A program made the translations under genes and the position numbers. 64,000 bases of DNA from Moniliella sp. 'wahieum'. Lineage: Eukaryota. Positions 39,664 to 51,610 of this stretch are shown in pieces. A model generated the notes under the pieces. That model was not told the origin of the DNA. It made no database searches and was given only the letters and a program-made list of their open reading frames with translations. The stretch is from assembly GCA_003971905.1 (NCBI GenBank), contig RSEE01000038.1, positions 186,001 through 250,000 of the forward strand, in the 5' to 3' direction. Each line of letters starts with the position of its first letter. Position 1 is the first letter of the stretch.

Positions 39664-42254
39664 ATGGACCACGTGCCCCCCTCCGCCCCGCCCTTTGGTG
39701 TGCTGGGCATGTCGACCACTCTCCCTCCGCATCCGCAGCGGCATCCTTCGACCTCGTCCGCGGCCTCGGGCAGTTCCCGCGGCGGGCCTAGCAGTGCCTC
39801 CAACACCAAACACCGCTGGACCGATGCCGAGACGCAAGCGTTGGTGGACGGATGCAACAAGCACGGTGTCGGCCAATGGAAAAAGATTTGGAAGACCCGC
39901 AACTGCGCGCGCACTTTGACCACCGGTCTGCTGGCGACCTCAAGGACCGCTTCCGCACCTACTTTCCCGATGCGTACCACGAACTTTACCCGAATGCCAA
40001 AACGCATCATGGACACAAAGTCCGTGGCCGCAACGCCCAAGGCCGATCGATTTTTGAGCGTGGCCTGTTCCGCCCCAAAAGGGCGTTCTCGTCCGAAGAG
40101 ACACAAGCATTGTACGATGGGTGGAAAGAACATGGTTCCCATTGGAGCAAGATTGCTCGATTGCCACCGTTTGAAGGGATGCGAACTGCGACCGACTTGC
40201 GCGATCGGTTTCGAAATGCCTTTCCACAGGAATACGAACAGGCTGGGTTTAAGGCGCGTACACGGCAGCGGCGACGCGGTGCGGCTCGCTCCGAGGCCCC
40301 CCCCCCTCCCTGGACCAACAGGGCGATGCGGCGGCAGCCAGCTTGGTAGCTGCCTTTCCTCCTGCTCCGCCTTCGTACTCCGACTCGGGATCGGGATGGA
40401 TCTCCTCCTCGTCCGTGTCGGGTGCGTCGGTGGGAGGATCGGACTGGGCGGCAGTACTGTCGGATGCGTCGGGCGACTCGCACTTGGCTGCCCTGGCCGG
40501 GTCCGAACCTGGGTCCCTTTCCCACGAGGCGACACGCGCGTTGCAAGGTCTTTCGCTCCAGCCGCCTGCAGCGGGCTTGTACCCCGCCAAGGTTGATGTC
40601 GACTCGGCTGGTGGGGAATGGTTCTCGGCTTTGTCCGATGTGGCCCCGAGTGGAAGTGGAAGTGCGGGCTTGGGGCCCTCGGGGCCTAGTCGTTCCTCTG
40701 GGAGCAACAAACGACGAAAACCGCATACACTTCGTTCGGGCGGCTCACCCATGGGATCCGTCGATGCGCCGCCGGCGGGTGGATTCCCGTGGCTAAGCGA
40801 GATGCAGATGCAGATTGCCATGCAGCTCCAAGCGCAACTCCTCGATGGCTTGGATGACGCAGGCGAGGAGGAACAACATGGATCGGGAGAAGAGGAGGAT
40901 GACGAGTACGACTCGGATGGTGAGGATGACGAGGCTTGGCACCAGCGTTCTTCCCAAGCGCACGAATTGCGCACGCGCACCCTCACTATGCAAGGCGAGG
41001 GTGATCGCAAGTTGGCGCGACACGCGACGGCCCACTCGCTCGAACGGGCGGATACCTTCCTGCCCTCGGTTCCTACCGTCGTGCAGCCTCCCCCGGCCAG
41101 TCCTTCCAGGAGACCCAACCCGCTCGGTCCTGTACGCGCGGGGGAGACAACCGATGGCACCGATGCCGGAGGAGGAGCGAGCTGGAGCATGGGCATGCGA
41201 ATGGACGAAACGATGCTCGACTTTTTCGCAAGAATGGCGGCTGAGATGGGACTTACCCCTACACAGTTTGCTGCGACGTGGGCTGACGCCCACCATGCCG
41301 ACGCTGACCCAGGCTCCGACGCAGGGGAGGTGGTAAGACACGATGCGTTGGACCTTGGTCTTGCCCGAGCCGGGCTGGGCCAACCGGTGTCCAGCCAACC
41401 AATGCCTAGCCAACCAGTATTCGAGCCTGGACCATCAATACCTGCACCTGACGTCGTTTCTGCCGTGCCTGGGCCACCTGGCGTGCCAGTCGCTGGGGAC
41501 GACGAAGCACTGGTTGCTTGGATCGAACGGATCCAAGGAAAGGACGAGATGGACGCGGTAGGAGCAACACTGGCCGCGGTGGGATCGCACGTTGCCCCAG
41601 AAGGCAGCTCAGCGCATCCGGCTTCGCAAGCGGACGCTGTTCTCCCTACCAATCCAGACTGGCTGACGCACATGTCCTCGCTACCCCCATGGGAGGTACA
41701 GAGATGGTACCATCGCCGCCGTCGGCGGGAGAGACGAGGTCTCCTGGGTCGGGTTCAGGCTCGGGGTCGGTGGCCGCAGCACCGCCTTCGTCACATGCGT
41801 CGCCTTATCCTCCCCATAACCACTCTCACTCTCACTCTCACTCCCTACTCCTTCTCACTCTCACTCTCACTCTCATTCCCACTCCCACTCCCACTCCCCC
41901 TTTCCCCCGCACACGTCGCCCTACGCCACTTCTCCATTTACCCCGGGCGCTTCACACGTCTCCCCGCCTGCATCGGTGCCTGAGGCCCAGCTGGTAGCGG
42001 CTGCCGCTGCCCAAGCGCAAGTGCAAGCGCAAGTGCAAGCCCACGCGCAAGCCCAAGCTCAAGCCCAAGCCCAAGCACAAGCCCAGGCCCAGGCCCAAGC
42101 ACAAGCCCAGGCCCAAGCTCAAGCTCAAGCCCAAGCCCAAGCCCAGGCCCAAGCACAGATACATGCGCAGATGCAGGTGCCGATGGGCTGGGCGGGCGAC
42201 CTGCTGTGGACTCCGTTTGATGGATCGGCGCCGTCGGATGGCCATCCCGGCTGA
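39664..42254 (+). CDS. TAY1: Tay1/Teb1-like double-Myb telomeric dsDNA-binding protein with long low-complexity C-terminus; frameshifted
   Basis: Myb1 [53 protein letters not shown]; Myb2 [40 protein letters not shown]. Confidence 0.82.
41820..41897 (+). repeat. (CACTCT/CACTCC)n hexamer microsatellite inside the Myb gene
   Basis: cactctcactctcactct...cactcccactcccactccc. Confidence 0.8.
42009..42158 (+). repeat. Coding (CAAGCC)-type hexamer repeat encoding a poly(Gln-Ala) tract
   Basis: [18 protein letters not shown]... in ORF 41976-42254, with synonymous codon variation. Confidence 0.85.
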
Positions 42255-42983
42255 GCGCCGCTGAGGCTGTCGACGGCGTTGGGGCGCCGGCGGAGAAGAG
42301 GCGCGGGACGGGAGTGGAATGGCATGCGCACTGCCCCAGACTGCCCCTGTGCCCCCAGTGCCTGCAAGGGGGCAAAGCTAGCATTTGAAATTGCACGTTG
42401 CCCATGGGGCACTGACGTCATGTGCTGCGGAGAGACCGGTGGGGGGAATGCGGTATGTATGCTAGTGCTAGTAGCCAGCGAAGCTGTTCGTTATTAGTGG
42501 TGACTAGTGGTGACTACGACTCGCGATCCGAGACGTGACTTTTTTTGGTCGTGCTGGTGACTGGGCTGACTCTGAGGGCGGGAGGGCGGGGACAAGGCCA
42601 GTGTCCCCCAGATGCCAGCGCCCGAGCGGCGCGGCGTTAAGCTCGAGCTGGGAGTCTGCCTATCCTTGTCGGCACTGCAAGGCTCCTCGTGCCCCGGCCC
42701 GGCAGGGGCAAGGAGCGCACGGCGCCAGTGTGGGTGGGGCAGCCGCAGCGGGCGGGGGGCTGCGGGCTGGCGCTGCTATCGACTATCGGGGCATATCAGC
42801 GCTGAGGCGCTGACGCTCCGCCACCCACACTCTGCCTCCGCCGCCAGCCGAGCCAGCCGAGCCCCTGTCTGTCTGTCGTCTGTCTGTCTGGCCGGCTGGA
42901 AGAACAGCATCCAGCACGCGTCGCAGCTGCGCTTCTTCTGCCGCCACCACCTTCTCCTGCGCCCCCCCCCCCCCCCGCCCGCC

Positions 42984-44920
42984 ATGCACCCGCTCCTCCC
43001 CGCCCACACCCCCCCGCCCAGCCGCCCCATCCCCTCCCGCCAGCCCCGCCGGCACCGTCAGCAGCACCGTCACCGTCACCTACGCCGGCCCCCACTCCAT
43101 CCCGCGTCCCATCCGCGGCGCGTTGCGCAGCCCCCGCTCCGGCCGCTCCTTGCCCTCCTACCCCTACCCCCGCGCCGGCAGTCTGGGCTCCTCCCCCGTG
43201 TCCTACCTCCCCAGCCTGGGCGAGTACACCCCCCCCTTCCGTGGGCACCGCTTCAAAACGTCTGCCATGCGCGGCCTATGGAGACGGAGGACGAGGTGGA
43301 TGCGCTCGAGTATGGCTTGGAGGGCATGCAGATCGAGCCCGACGACGAAGAACCGCTTGTGAGTGTGGAGGAGGAGGAGGAGGACTGGCCTCGCTCCTCG
43401 GCCCAGCCGATAACATACCGTCGTCCCTCGTACCCTGGCTGGGGCCTTTCTGTCTCCCCCGACCGCGGAGGACGGAGCGAAAGCAGTACCACCCTCAGCT
43501 TCAGTGCTGGCTCGCTCGGTACCCCAGGCACGTCGGTGCCCAAGCGCATGTCCTTGTCGCGCAGCCTTCGTGGCCCTGGATCGCCTTCGTCATACGATCT
43601 GCTCCGGGGTAAAGAAGTGAGCTATCGGTTGTTCAAGCAAGGCAAGCGCCCTAGCTATTCCAACTACAAGTACCCAGCCCCATATTCCCCACGGCGCTAT
43701 TCCTACGCTGGATGCAGGGGCATCCCGTCCCCCGTGACCGCCGATGCAGAGGCCATGTCGGCAGCCACCATCTTGGCCAGTTCGAGTGCACGGCGGTGCA
43801 CCTCGCTTGACGGTGATGAGACGGACGAGGAGGTGCCCGTGTGCCTTGGGAACCGATCGGATACCGAGACGGTTGCATTGGCGCGACACCCTAGTGCCCC
43901 GGCTCACCCCAACGCCCCACCCACCCCTACTTGGAATTACAGCGCAACACGGCCCTCGGGGTTGTCGCATTCGCTCAACTACCCTGCTTCCTCTTCCTCC
44001 TTTGCCTCCATCCCTGCTCCGACTCCTGGATGCTTCCCCCCCCAGAGCGAGGACGACAGTGACTCCATTTCGGGCAGCGAAGAGTTCGTACCTCTTCCTG
44101 GAGCTCCTCATCCTCCCCTCGTTGGCACCACAAGTGCCCCCGCCCCTCCGCCTGCACAGGCCGACTCGGCCAGTGCGGCCAAGGCAGTCAATGCACTACG
44201 ATCGGCCATGGGGGGCAGCGCCAACTGCCCTGCGTTTGTAACCAAGTTGTGGTATTTGCTCGATACGCCAGCGTCGTACCAAAAGTACATTTGTTGGTCG
44301 CATGCTGGCGACAAGATCTTACTTGCTGCCGATACCGCGACGAGTGCCGAATTTGCTACGCATGTCCTTCCCACCCTCTATCGTCACAATAACAATGCTT
44401 CCTTCATTCGTCAGTTGAACGTACGTCCCTCCCTTCTCTGTTTACGCTTGTGTTGGGGGGTTATTATGACCTGTGCAGAGCTTAGTGCTGACCGTCAGGG
44501 ATCTCTCTTTTTGATGGATATCAGCTGTATGGCTTCCAACGAATCAGCAACACCCGTGCGCTCGATCCTGAGGAGATTCACTTGGCAGTGAGCAAGAACT
44601 TGCTCTCGCCCTCGGCGGCGCCAGCGGCGGTCGAAGCGGCGGTACGTGCGCACACTGCTCAAAGCAAGGCCGATGCCGAAGCTGCATTGAACCCGCTTTC
44701 GGCTTTGACTGCCACCTTGGCGTCGGAAGCATCCACCGCACAGAGCGCCGCCGCGGCCCTCACCCCAGGCTTAACGGCCGCTACGCTCTATGGACCCCAC
44801 CACTGCTTTGCCCACCCCCGTTTCCAGCGTGGACACCCGGATTGGTTGCCGCTGCTCAAGCCCAAGAGCAGTAAAAAGCCCAAGCGGACCGAGGAGGAGG
44901 AAATTACCCCTCACGCGTAA
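42984..44920 (+). CDS. HSF-type DNA-binding-domain protein with the domain at the C-terminus; intron ~44421-44524; start approximate
   Basis: PAFVTKLWYLL..YICWS..EFATHVLPTLYRHNNNASFIRQLN|LYGFQRI...FAHPRFQRG. Confidence 0.8.
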
Positions 44921-45436
44921 ACGCCAATCTGTAATCAGGCGTGTCGTGCGCAGCACGACGGGAGAGCGTGGGATGGTGGGATCCTGTGACGTGTGACGAT
45001 GTGGGATGGACGTCAGACGCACGCGCCACCGATGTACTTTTAAATGTTACCCCGCGGAGCGAGGAGGAAGAGGAAGAGGAAGAGAAGAGGAAGAGGACGA
45101 TGGACCTGCCGAGTATGCTTGTTTGTGAGATGCGAGGGGCCGATGCGAATGCTATGTTTTGTTTTGTTCTCCAGCTGGAAGCGTGAGGCTAAGCGCAACT
45201 CGATCTGACGGGACCGAGTCAGTAGTACGCAGTACGCAGAACTCCGGATGATGCTGGACGTCCTACTCGGCGTGTTCGCGTGTTTGAGGAGATGGAGGCT
45301 GTGGTGGCGTTAGTGACGTCACATGTCACGTAGCAGACGAGGGTGGCGTTGCATTTGAAATGTCACTCACATGCGGGGGTGATGAAGCTCGCGATTCCAC
45401 TCAGTACTCACCCCACACCACCACCTGCGGCCCAGC

Positions 45437-47673
45437 ATGGCCCAGGCCGACCTATCCTCGCCGCCCGACTGGGCTCTGCACCTCCCCGCTACGCCGTACG
45501 CAGAAGGGAAGGGCCTGGTATTCGACTGGGACACTGGTCCTGTCTTTATCCCCTTGCGCGAGCATGAGGAGCGCATTGGCACCGTGCGAACCCGCGCGGA
45601 CCTCCACCTGCTCAGCGAAAGCTTGCAGGACCAACTCCGAGCTTGCTCTCAGGCTCGCGGCGCGGGTACCTTTCATATTGTCCGTCCCACTCATCTGGAA
45701 GGGACAGACTCTTCTGCCTCTTCCGCTTCCGATCCGGCGCAGGGAAGGGACATGATCCTCCTTGTCTGGCGGGGCGGCAGCTCGGTGTTGACCAAGTACC
45801 ACCGCACCATCCTTCGCAACATGAGCGTATGCGCCACGTACTTTCCTGTCACCTTCCTTCGTAAGATGGCCGCACGCAAGATTGAGCAAGACACGGATGC
45901 CAAGCGTCCGGGGAGCGATTTATGGGCCGGAATTCCATCCGCCTGAGCTGGACCAGCTACTTTGTCCCACCCTTCCACGACGGTGGGACGTTCGCCCAAT
46001 CGCCACCTCCTTGTTTGAGCTGAACATGAACAATGCAAATCTCGCTTCCGACGCACTTGAATCGCTTGCCCGGTTCCTTATGGGCAACGCTACCCTCAGC
46101 ATACTCAGTCTGAGTGCCAACAGCGAACTCTTTGTACGTCCTTTTCTCTCGGAGGGTAGGGGTATAGGGATAGCGGGTCAAAAGGAGGAGGGCCAGGCAC
46201 GAGGTACGAGGTGGGTTCTAATTCTTTGGTTTTTTTTTTTGCCACAGACCGACCCAGAATGCGTGCCCAGTTCAGCAACGCAATCGGGTACTCGGCACTG
46301 CAGACGCTCAAGCTCAGCTCACTGGGCTTGACTGGCAAGCAAATCCCATCGCTCGAAGCGTTTCTCGAGAACCTGCATGCCTCCACCCTCACTCATCTTC
46401 ATCTGAGCAACCTTGGCTTCGAAGACCGGGACAACGTCCTACCCTCTCCCCTAGACGGAAACGGGGATGTGCCTACGCATCTGACCACGGTGGGGGGGTA
46501 CGTCGCCTACCTCTTTGCCATGTTCATCTTGCGTTCTAGCCCCATCGATCCTCACCTAGCCTTGCACCTCATGGCCGGCCGCTCCACGCCCACAGCAGAC
46601 ATTTGCCCCGCTGTTCCGTCCTACATCCCCTTTGGGCTGGGGGGAGCACTTCGACCTGGATGTCCCCGCCTTCGCGCCCTCGTGCTCCAGGGCAATGATT
46701 GGACCCGTGCCGAGGTGGCGTTGATGATGGCGTGTATGAGGCTGCGGTGGTGGGGAAAAGGGGATGGTGATGGTGATAGCGATGGCGACGACGATGGCTA
46801 TGGCCATGTCGATGGCGATAGCGAAGCAAGTGTTTTGTTGGGCAACACGACGATCGAATGGGCTCCAAATTCGCTTCCTACCATTGTATATGGTCCTGGA
46901 GTAGTGTTGGGCGCCGATACTGGTCCCGAGATGGACTCGGCGTCCCTGTCGGAACACAAGGACGAATACTCCTCTGGTTTGAAGGAACCTTCCGCTCGTC
47001 TCTAGGCTGATCGCAAAGGCCTACCATATCCTGCGTCCTTCCAAGGCCCGAGCGCAACCTATCAAGAACCAATCCGAATGGTTGGACAAGCCTGCACGCA
47101 TCCTCCAGAAACGTTTTGACTTTCTTTTGTCTCCCGGTACTCGCTTACCGTACTACATCCGCACGGGCTCGTTCAACGCCAAGGCGAGCAGCACGGTGCG
47201 GTCCGAAGCATTAAGCATGGCAGGCAAAGCGCGAGTATTGGGCTGTTGCGTTCGTTCTGCTGGTGCCACCCCCTCGTGGTGGGTTACCCTCCCGCCTCAC
47301 GTGCGTGCTAGTGTTCTTTCGTTCCTCGCTCCCCACTTGAGCCAAGCAAGCGCGTAGTGTGCTCTCTTTCGCCTCGGACAGGAGAACGATTGGGTACAGC
47401 GCGCAGAGGGAGGTGCTCCTGCTTTCTGCCCGCTTGGCGCAAGAGGCTCACGGAACGCAAGAAGCGCACACAGCGCACCAGGAGCCCCGTAATGCCTCCA
47501 GCGTGCTGCAGCCACAAGACCAATTCCTCAACCAGCCTGCCTTCTCCTTTATCGAGGCGTACTTGCAGCATGGGCCACCGCACGCAGAGTATCAGGGCGA
47601 GGAGAAGCTCGGCACAGATGCCTGCGCCAGCTCCTTCCTACGCCTTACCGGAACAGATGTGTCTAATTGTTAA
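45437..47673 (+). CDS. RNI-like leucine-rich-repeat protein; intron ~46133-46247; frameshifted
   Basis: LRR-type segments LFELNMNNANL, LSILSLSANSEL, LQTLKLSSLGL, LTHLHLSNLGF and LRALVLQGNDW. Confidence 0.6.
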
Positions 47674-48546
47674 GAGCGTATTGCATCGGATCACATGCCT
47701 GTTGGGGAACGGTGGTGGGCGGGTCTGTCTCGTCCCGCGTGCTGAGACGTGCGAATTGGAAAAAAGGCGGGGGAGTTGGATGTGTCGCTGTGCTCCTCTC
47801 TCCACATAGCACCCTCGCTAGTCCCTGCTCTAAGAGCGAATGAGAAAAAAGGACCGATGCTATGTCCTCTTTCTGGCTCCTTCGACTGATGCTACAAACG
47901 CTCCTACAAACACTGTATTTATGACGTAGTTGGCTAGTTTCTCCTACCACACTAATACGGCACCACAATTCTATACATGCCTTCGCTCGTGTCCCCCTAT
48001 TGGATTTGCGTGGCATGCCACACTGAGGAGATGACACGAGTCAAGAGGAGGGGGTCGTCTTAAGTTCTCTTAGAAAAATACACTGAATAAGTTCGTTTCC
48101 CACCCTCTCTTCGTTCCTCCGCGCCTAGCTGTACCCCTCGGACAGGTATGCAGAGGGTGCAGGGCGGCTTGACCGTGATATGTGCCCCACGAAGCTCGAG
48201 GAAGTAGAGCCCATCTGCAATGGTAAACTGCCTAACCACCACCTGTCTGTAGAACGACTATAATACGACAGGGAAAAATGCAAAGGAGAAAACAGAACGT
48301 GCAGTGCGGATCGTTAAGAGCAGTGTCGTCGTAAGGTATACTGTAACCTGGGATTTGGGATCAATGATCCATAGGTCCCTAGGGAATGGGAATCGTATGG
48401 TACGAATGAACCACGACGTCCCACGTAGAGATGGCAAGGGGAAGAAGGTGGAGAGTGCAGCAAGGTTGTAGATACGAGAAAAGGGAGTCGAAACCAATAA
48501 AACGGCTCATGCTTCCGGTGCTAGAGGCCGTTTCGAATTCGCTCCA

Positions 48547-50514
48547 TCAGGTTGGTAGCCCGCTTGAGAGGAAAGCCAAGCGGGGTCTTGTTGACCCCAT
48601 CCATCCCTTTCCTTCCGCTACCGGTGTCTCGTGCGGGGACGACTGACGCGGGTGTGGCGGCATGGGTCGTGCGCGCTTCAAAGGTGGTTCCGCGCTGGCC
48701 GCGTTGGCCGTGCTGCCAAACGGTGGCTGTCCAGCCACACCAGACGAAGCAAGGGATTGCATCGCATGCGCCATCTCTGGTGCGATCAGTTCGAGGTTCG
48801 GGTCCGTGGGCGGCAGGGCAAAGCCCATGTCACAGGAGGTTTGGCTTGCTGTGCCGTTCGTCCCGCCACAGTAGGGTCGAATGGTGGAGAGCGGGTGTAG
48901 GAGCTAACAAAGGGGAAATGAAAGAGGCGAGAGTGGGGTTAGGCACAGGCACTAGACCAACAGATGGGTAAAGTACAGCGCAGGGGGTGGGGGATAACTA
49001 AAGACGTACGTTGGGACTTAATGTTGTTATTGACATCGGTCACTGTGCCAGCTCCAGCTCCAGCTCCAGGTGGTCGCAACACTCCACTGCGCACCATCAC
49101 ATCCGATACACGACGGATGCACCCGACCAGCACGCGCAACATCTGGAACATATCCTCAATATCGCGTACCGAGCTAACCCCGCCTTCTTCCGCATTGAGC
49201 AGCTCGGAATGCGCGTGGACAGCTTGCATCCGCTCTTGCACGCGCGCGACCCAGGCAGCGTCAAATTGGTTTTGGGGCGGGATATGGCCAAGGAGGAGAA
49301 GACACATGTACCCTGGTAGCCGTTTGGGGCGAAGGTCCTGAAGGTTGAGGAGGAGCAGGGGCAGAGGGGAGCGCGTTGAGGTTGGCCGACTTGGATTCGG
49401 CCTCGGGCGCTGCTTGGTCAGACGGCTTGGGCGAGTCGGGCTGGGTAGGGTAGCGCAAAAACTCGACTTGGAGGGTGCGGAAGATACGAAAGAGCAACGT
49501 TTGGATCGTCAGTTCCACCGGCCGCGTGATGGTCTCAATGCGAGAAAAGATGTTGCCCATCTCTTGCGGTGGGGTGGATTGTGGCGCGGCCGGTTGCGAC
49601 ACGGTATACCTCGTATCTTGGATCGTAGGCAACACGGGTGAATGAGGTGTGGTGGTGAAACGGAGGACGAGGCACGGTCGTCGAGCGTCGCACGATTCAT
49701 CATCTCGGATACGGACTCTTGTCGTGATCCAGCGCGAGACCGGGGCTTGTGGTACAACCCCGTCCCGGTAGATGTCGGTTGGAGGTACCGCTGCAGTAAA
49801 CCGGGACAGGTCCGAAGGTGAGGGAAGGACGGGGTGTGGGTACGAAGAGCGCCGCACCGCTGGGGGCGAGGTGGGTGCGAGAGGCAGACGAAGAAGGTGC
49901 TGGTCATGGAGAACGTGTTACCGCGTTTGCGGTTCGGGTGCAAAGTTGTCGTCGCCGTAGTGCGGGGGACGGCATTGTAAATGTTCCGCAACGAAGGAGG
50001 GGGAACAATAGAGGTGGTGGCACTGCGCGGGCGGGTGCGAGTGGGCGCAAGGGCTGGGCCGGAAGGGACATTGTCGCGCAACGAGTAGGCAGCAAGACTG
50101 GGCGTGGCAAATTTGTCGCCCATTCGACGGGGGAGGCCAGCGGCGGAGAAGGGGGGGAGGTGTGATGGCTTGTGCTCATGGGGATGATGGGGTGGTAGCG
50201 GCAGCGTCAATGCTGGTGGCGGTGGGAGTGGCGGGGAAGACAAAGGGAGAGCAAGAAGAGAAAGATGTAGAAAAGCAGGGGGTACTTACTCGGCAAAATA
50301 ATCAATTGTCGCTGGACAAACAGGCCATTTCTTAGGCCAGTCTGCCCCTGGCACAGGGGCAGTGTGGTAACCCCCTGTGTCTTGCACCTCCCCAGCTGCG
50401 GGCTGTTCCGGAGGAGGGGGCGGGGGCAACAGAGGCGCTGGTGTCTGTCTCGGGTTTGGCTGACCTACCGGCCGCAGGAACATACTCCAAGGAACCGACA
50501 GGCACTGCTGCCAT
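48547..50514 (-). CDS. Hypothetical Pro/Ser-rich protein (multi-exon, frameshifted)
   Basis: Chain of overlapping minus-strand ORFs; GTAAGT donor at ~50289; helical segment VARVQERMQAVHAHSELLNAEEGGVSSVRDIEDMFQMLRVLVGCIRRV; no family recognised. Confidence 0.45.
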
Positions 50515-51250
50515 GGCCAGCGCGATGTGGAAGAATGGGTTGATCGCATCACTAGGGTATAATAGCAGGGTGAGTCCGGTGAGTATTGAGTACTGGCTGT
50601 TGGGCATTGTGAGTATATGGAGTACTGCGAGAGTACACTCAGCTCAGTACACCGAGTTCAGTACACTGAGTGGGTAAACATTAAAGCGCCTCGGACGGCG
50701 ACACAAATCGCGAACCTCCACCCTATGCCAACCTCTGTCGATGTCCTTGAACTTTGGGGTGAAGCCGGTGAAGCTTGAAGCGTGTGAAGTCACGGAAGCT
50801 TGTGAAGAGCTTGAAGGCATAAAGCTCCTCCCGAAGTCCCGCGATTATACGAACTGTTACATGTTACTTGAAGCTTGATACATCAAGCTTCAAGCTTCAA
50901 GGGCAGTAGCGCCGTCACGGGTCAGCGCGTCAGCCTCAGTCAACACTATAGCCACTGTGACTATAGCCAGCCAACCCCCGCAATCAGTGCCTCAGCATCC
51001 GCATCAGCACTGAGATTGAGAGATCTGAGATCTGAGTGAGAGCTTCCTCAGTATCAGCGCAACTGTGGCTCTGTGCATATCTGCTGGGCGTCTCAGCGCG
51101 TCAGCCCTCCTGACACAGTCTCCGCCATCGCCCATTCTCCCATTGAATATTGAATATTGACCGATTGACCCCATCTCCATCCATCGACGATCCCTGTCTT
51201 CCGCTGAAAACCTCATCTCAAGCTTCAAAGCTTCAAGCTTCAACACGTTC

Positions 51251-51490
51251 TGTTGACTGTGATCCTCTGGCTCCCAGTCGGTAGACCAGGTTCGCCTCGG
51301 TTCCATCGGCTTCCACGCTGACGTCCCTGCGTGTCACTGTCCCTGTGCCCTGCACTCTCTCCTGTGTGACTCACTGTCCCTGTGCCTAGTCCAGCCTCCT
51401 ATATAGATGCCTCTGTACCCAGACCCAACTCTGGCTCCAATCCATCACCTTCTCCTCATCCTTCTGCCCGTCCGGCTCCCTAGGCCAACA
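51251..51490 (+). repeat. 5' LTR (240 bp)
   Basis: Identical by eye to the 3' LTR except one extra C (ccacgCtgacg vs ccacgtgacg); contains TATATAG. Confidence 0.93.
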
Positions 51491-51610
51491 GAGCTACAAT
51501 CTGATCCCCCCGGAAGGGGAGCGCTCTTCAAGCAAGCCCACCCCCAAGCCTACAAGCCCAAGCTAAGCCGCCAAGCCCACAAGACACACCGTCCTCCCGC
51601 CCAACAACAC

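Noticed and set aside
51268..51300. tRNA-like Pol III promoter in the LTR (TGGCTCCCAGTCGGTAGA...GGTTCG), by analogy with Cassandra elements
   Set aside because: The A-box match needs a 2-nt insertion, the B-box-like GGTTCG is only ~4 nt away, and no cloverleaf forms.
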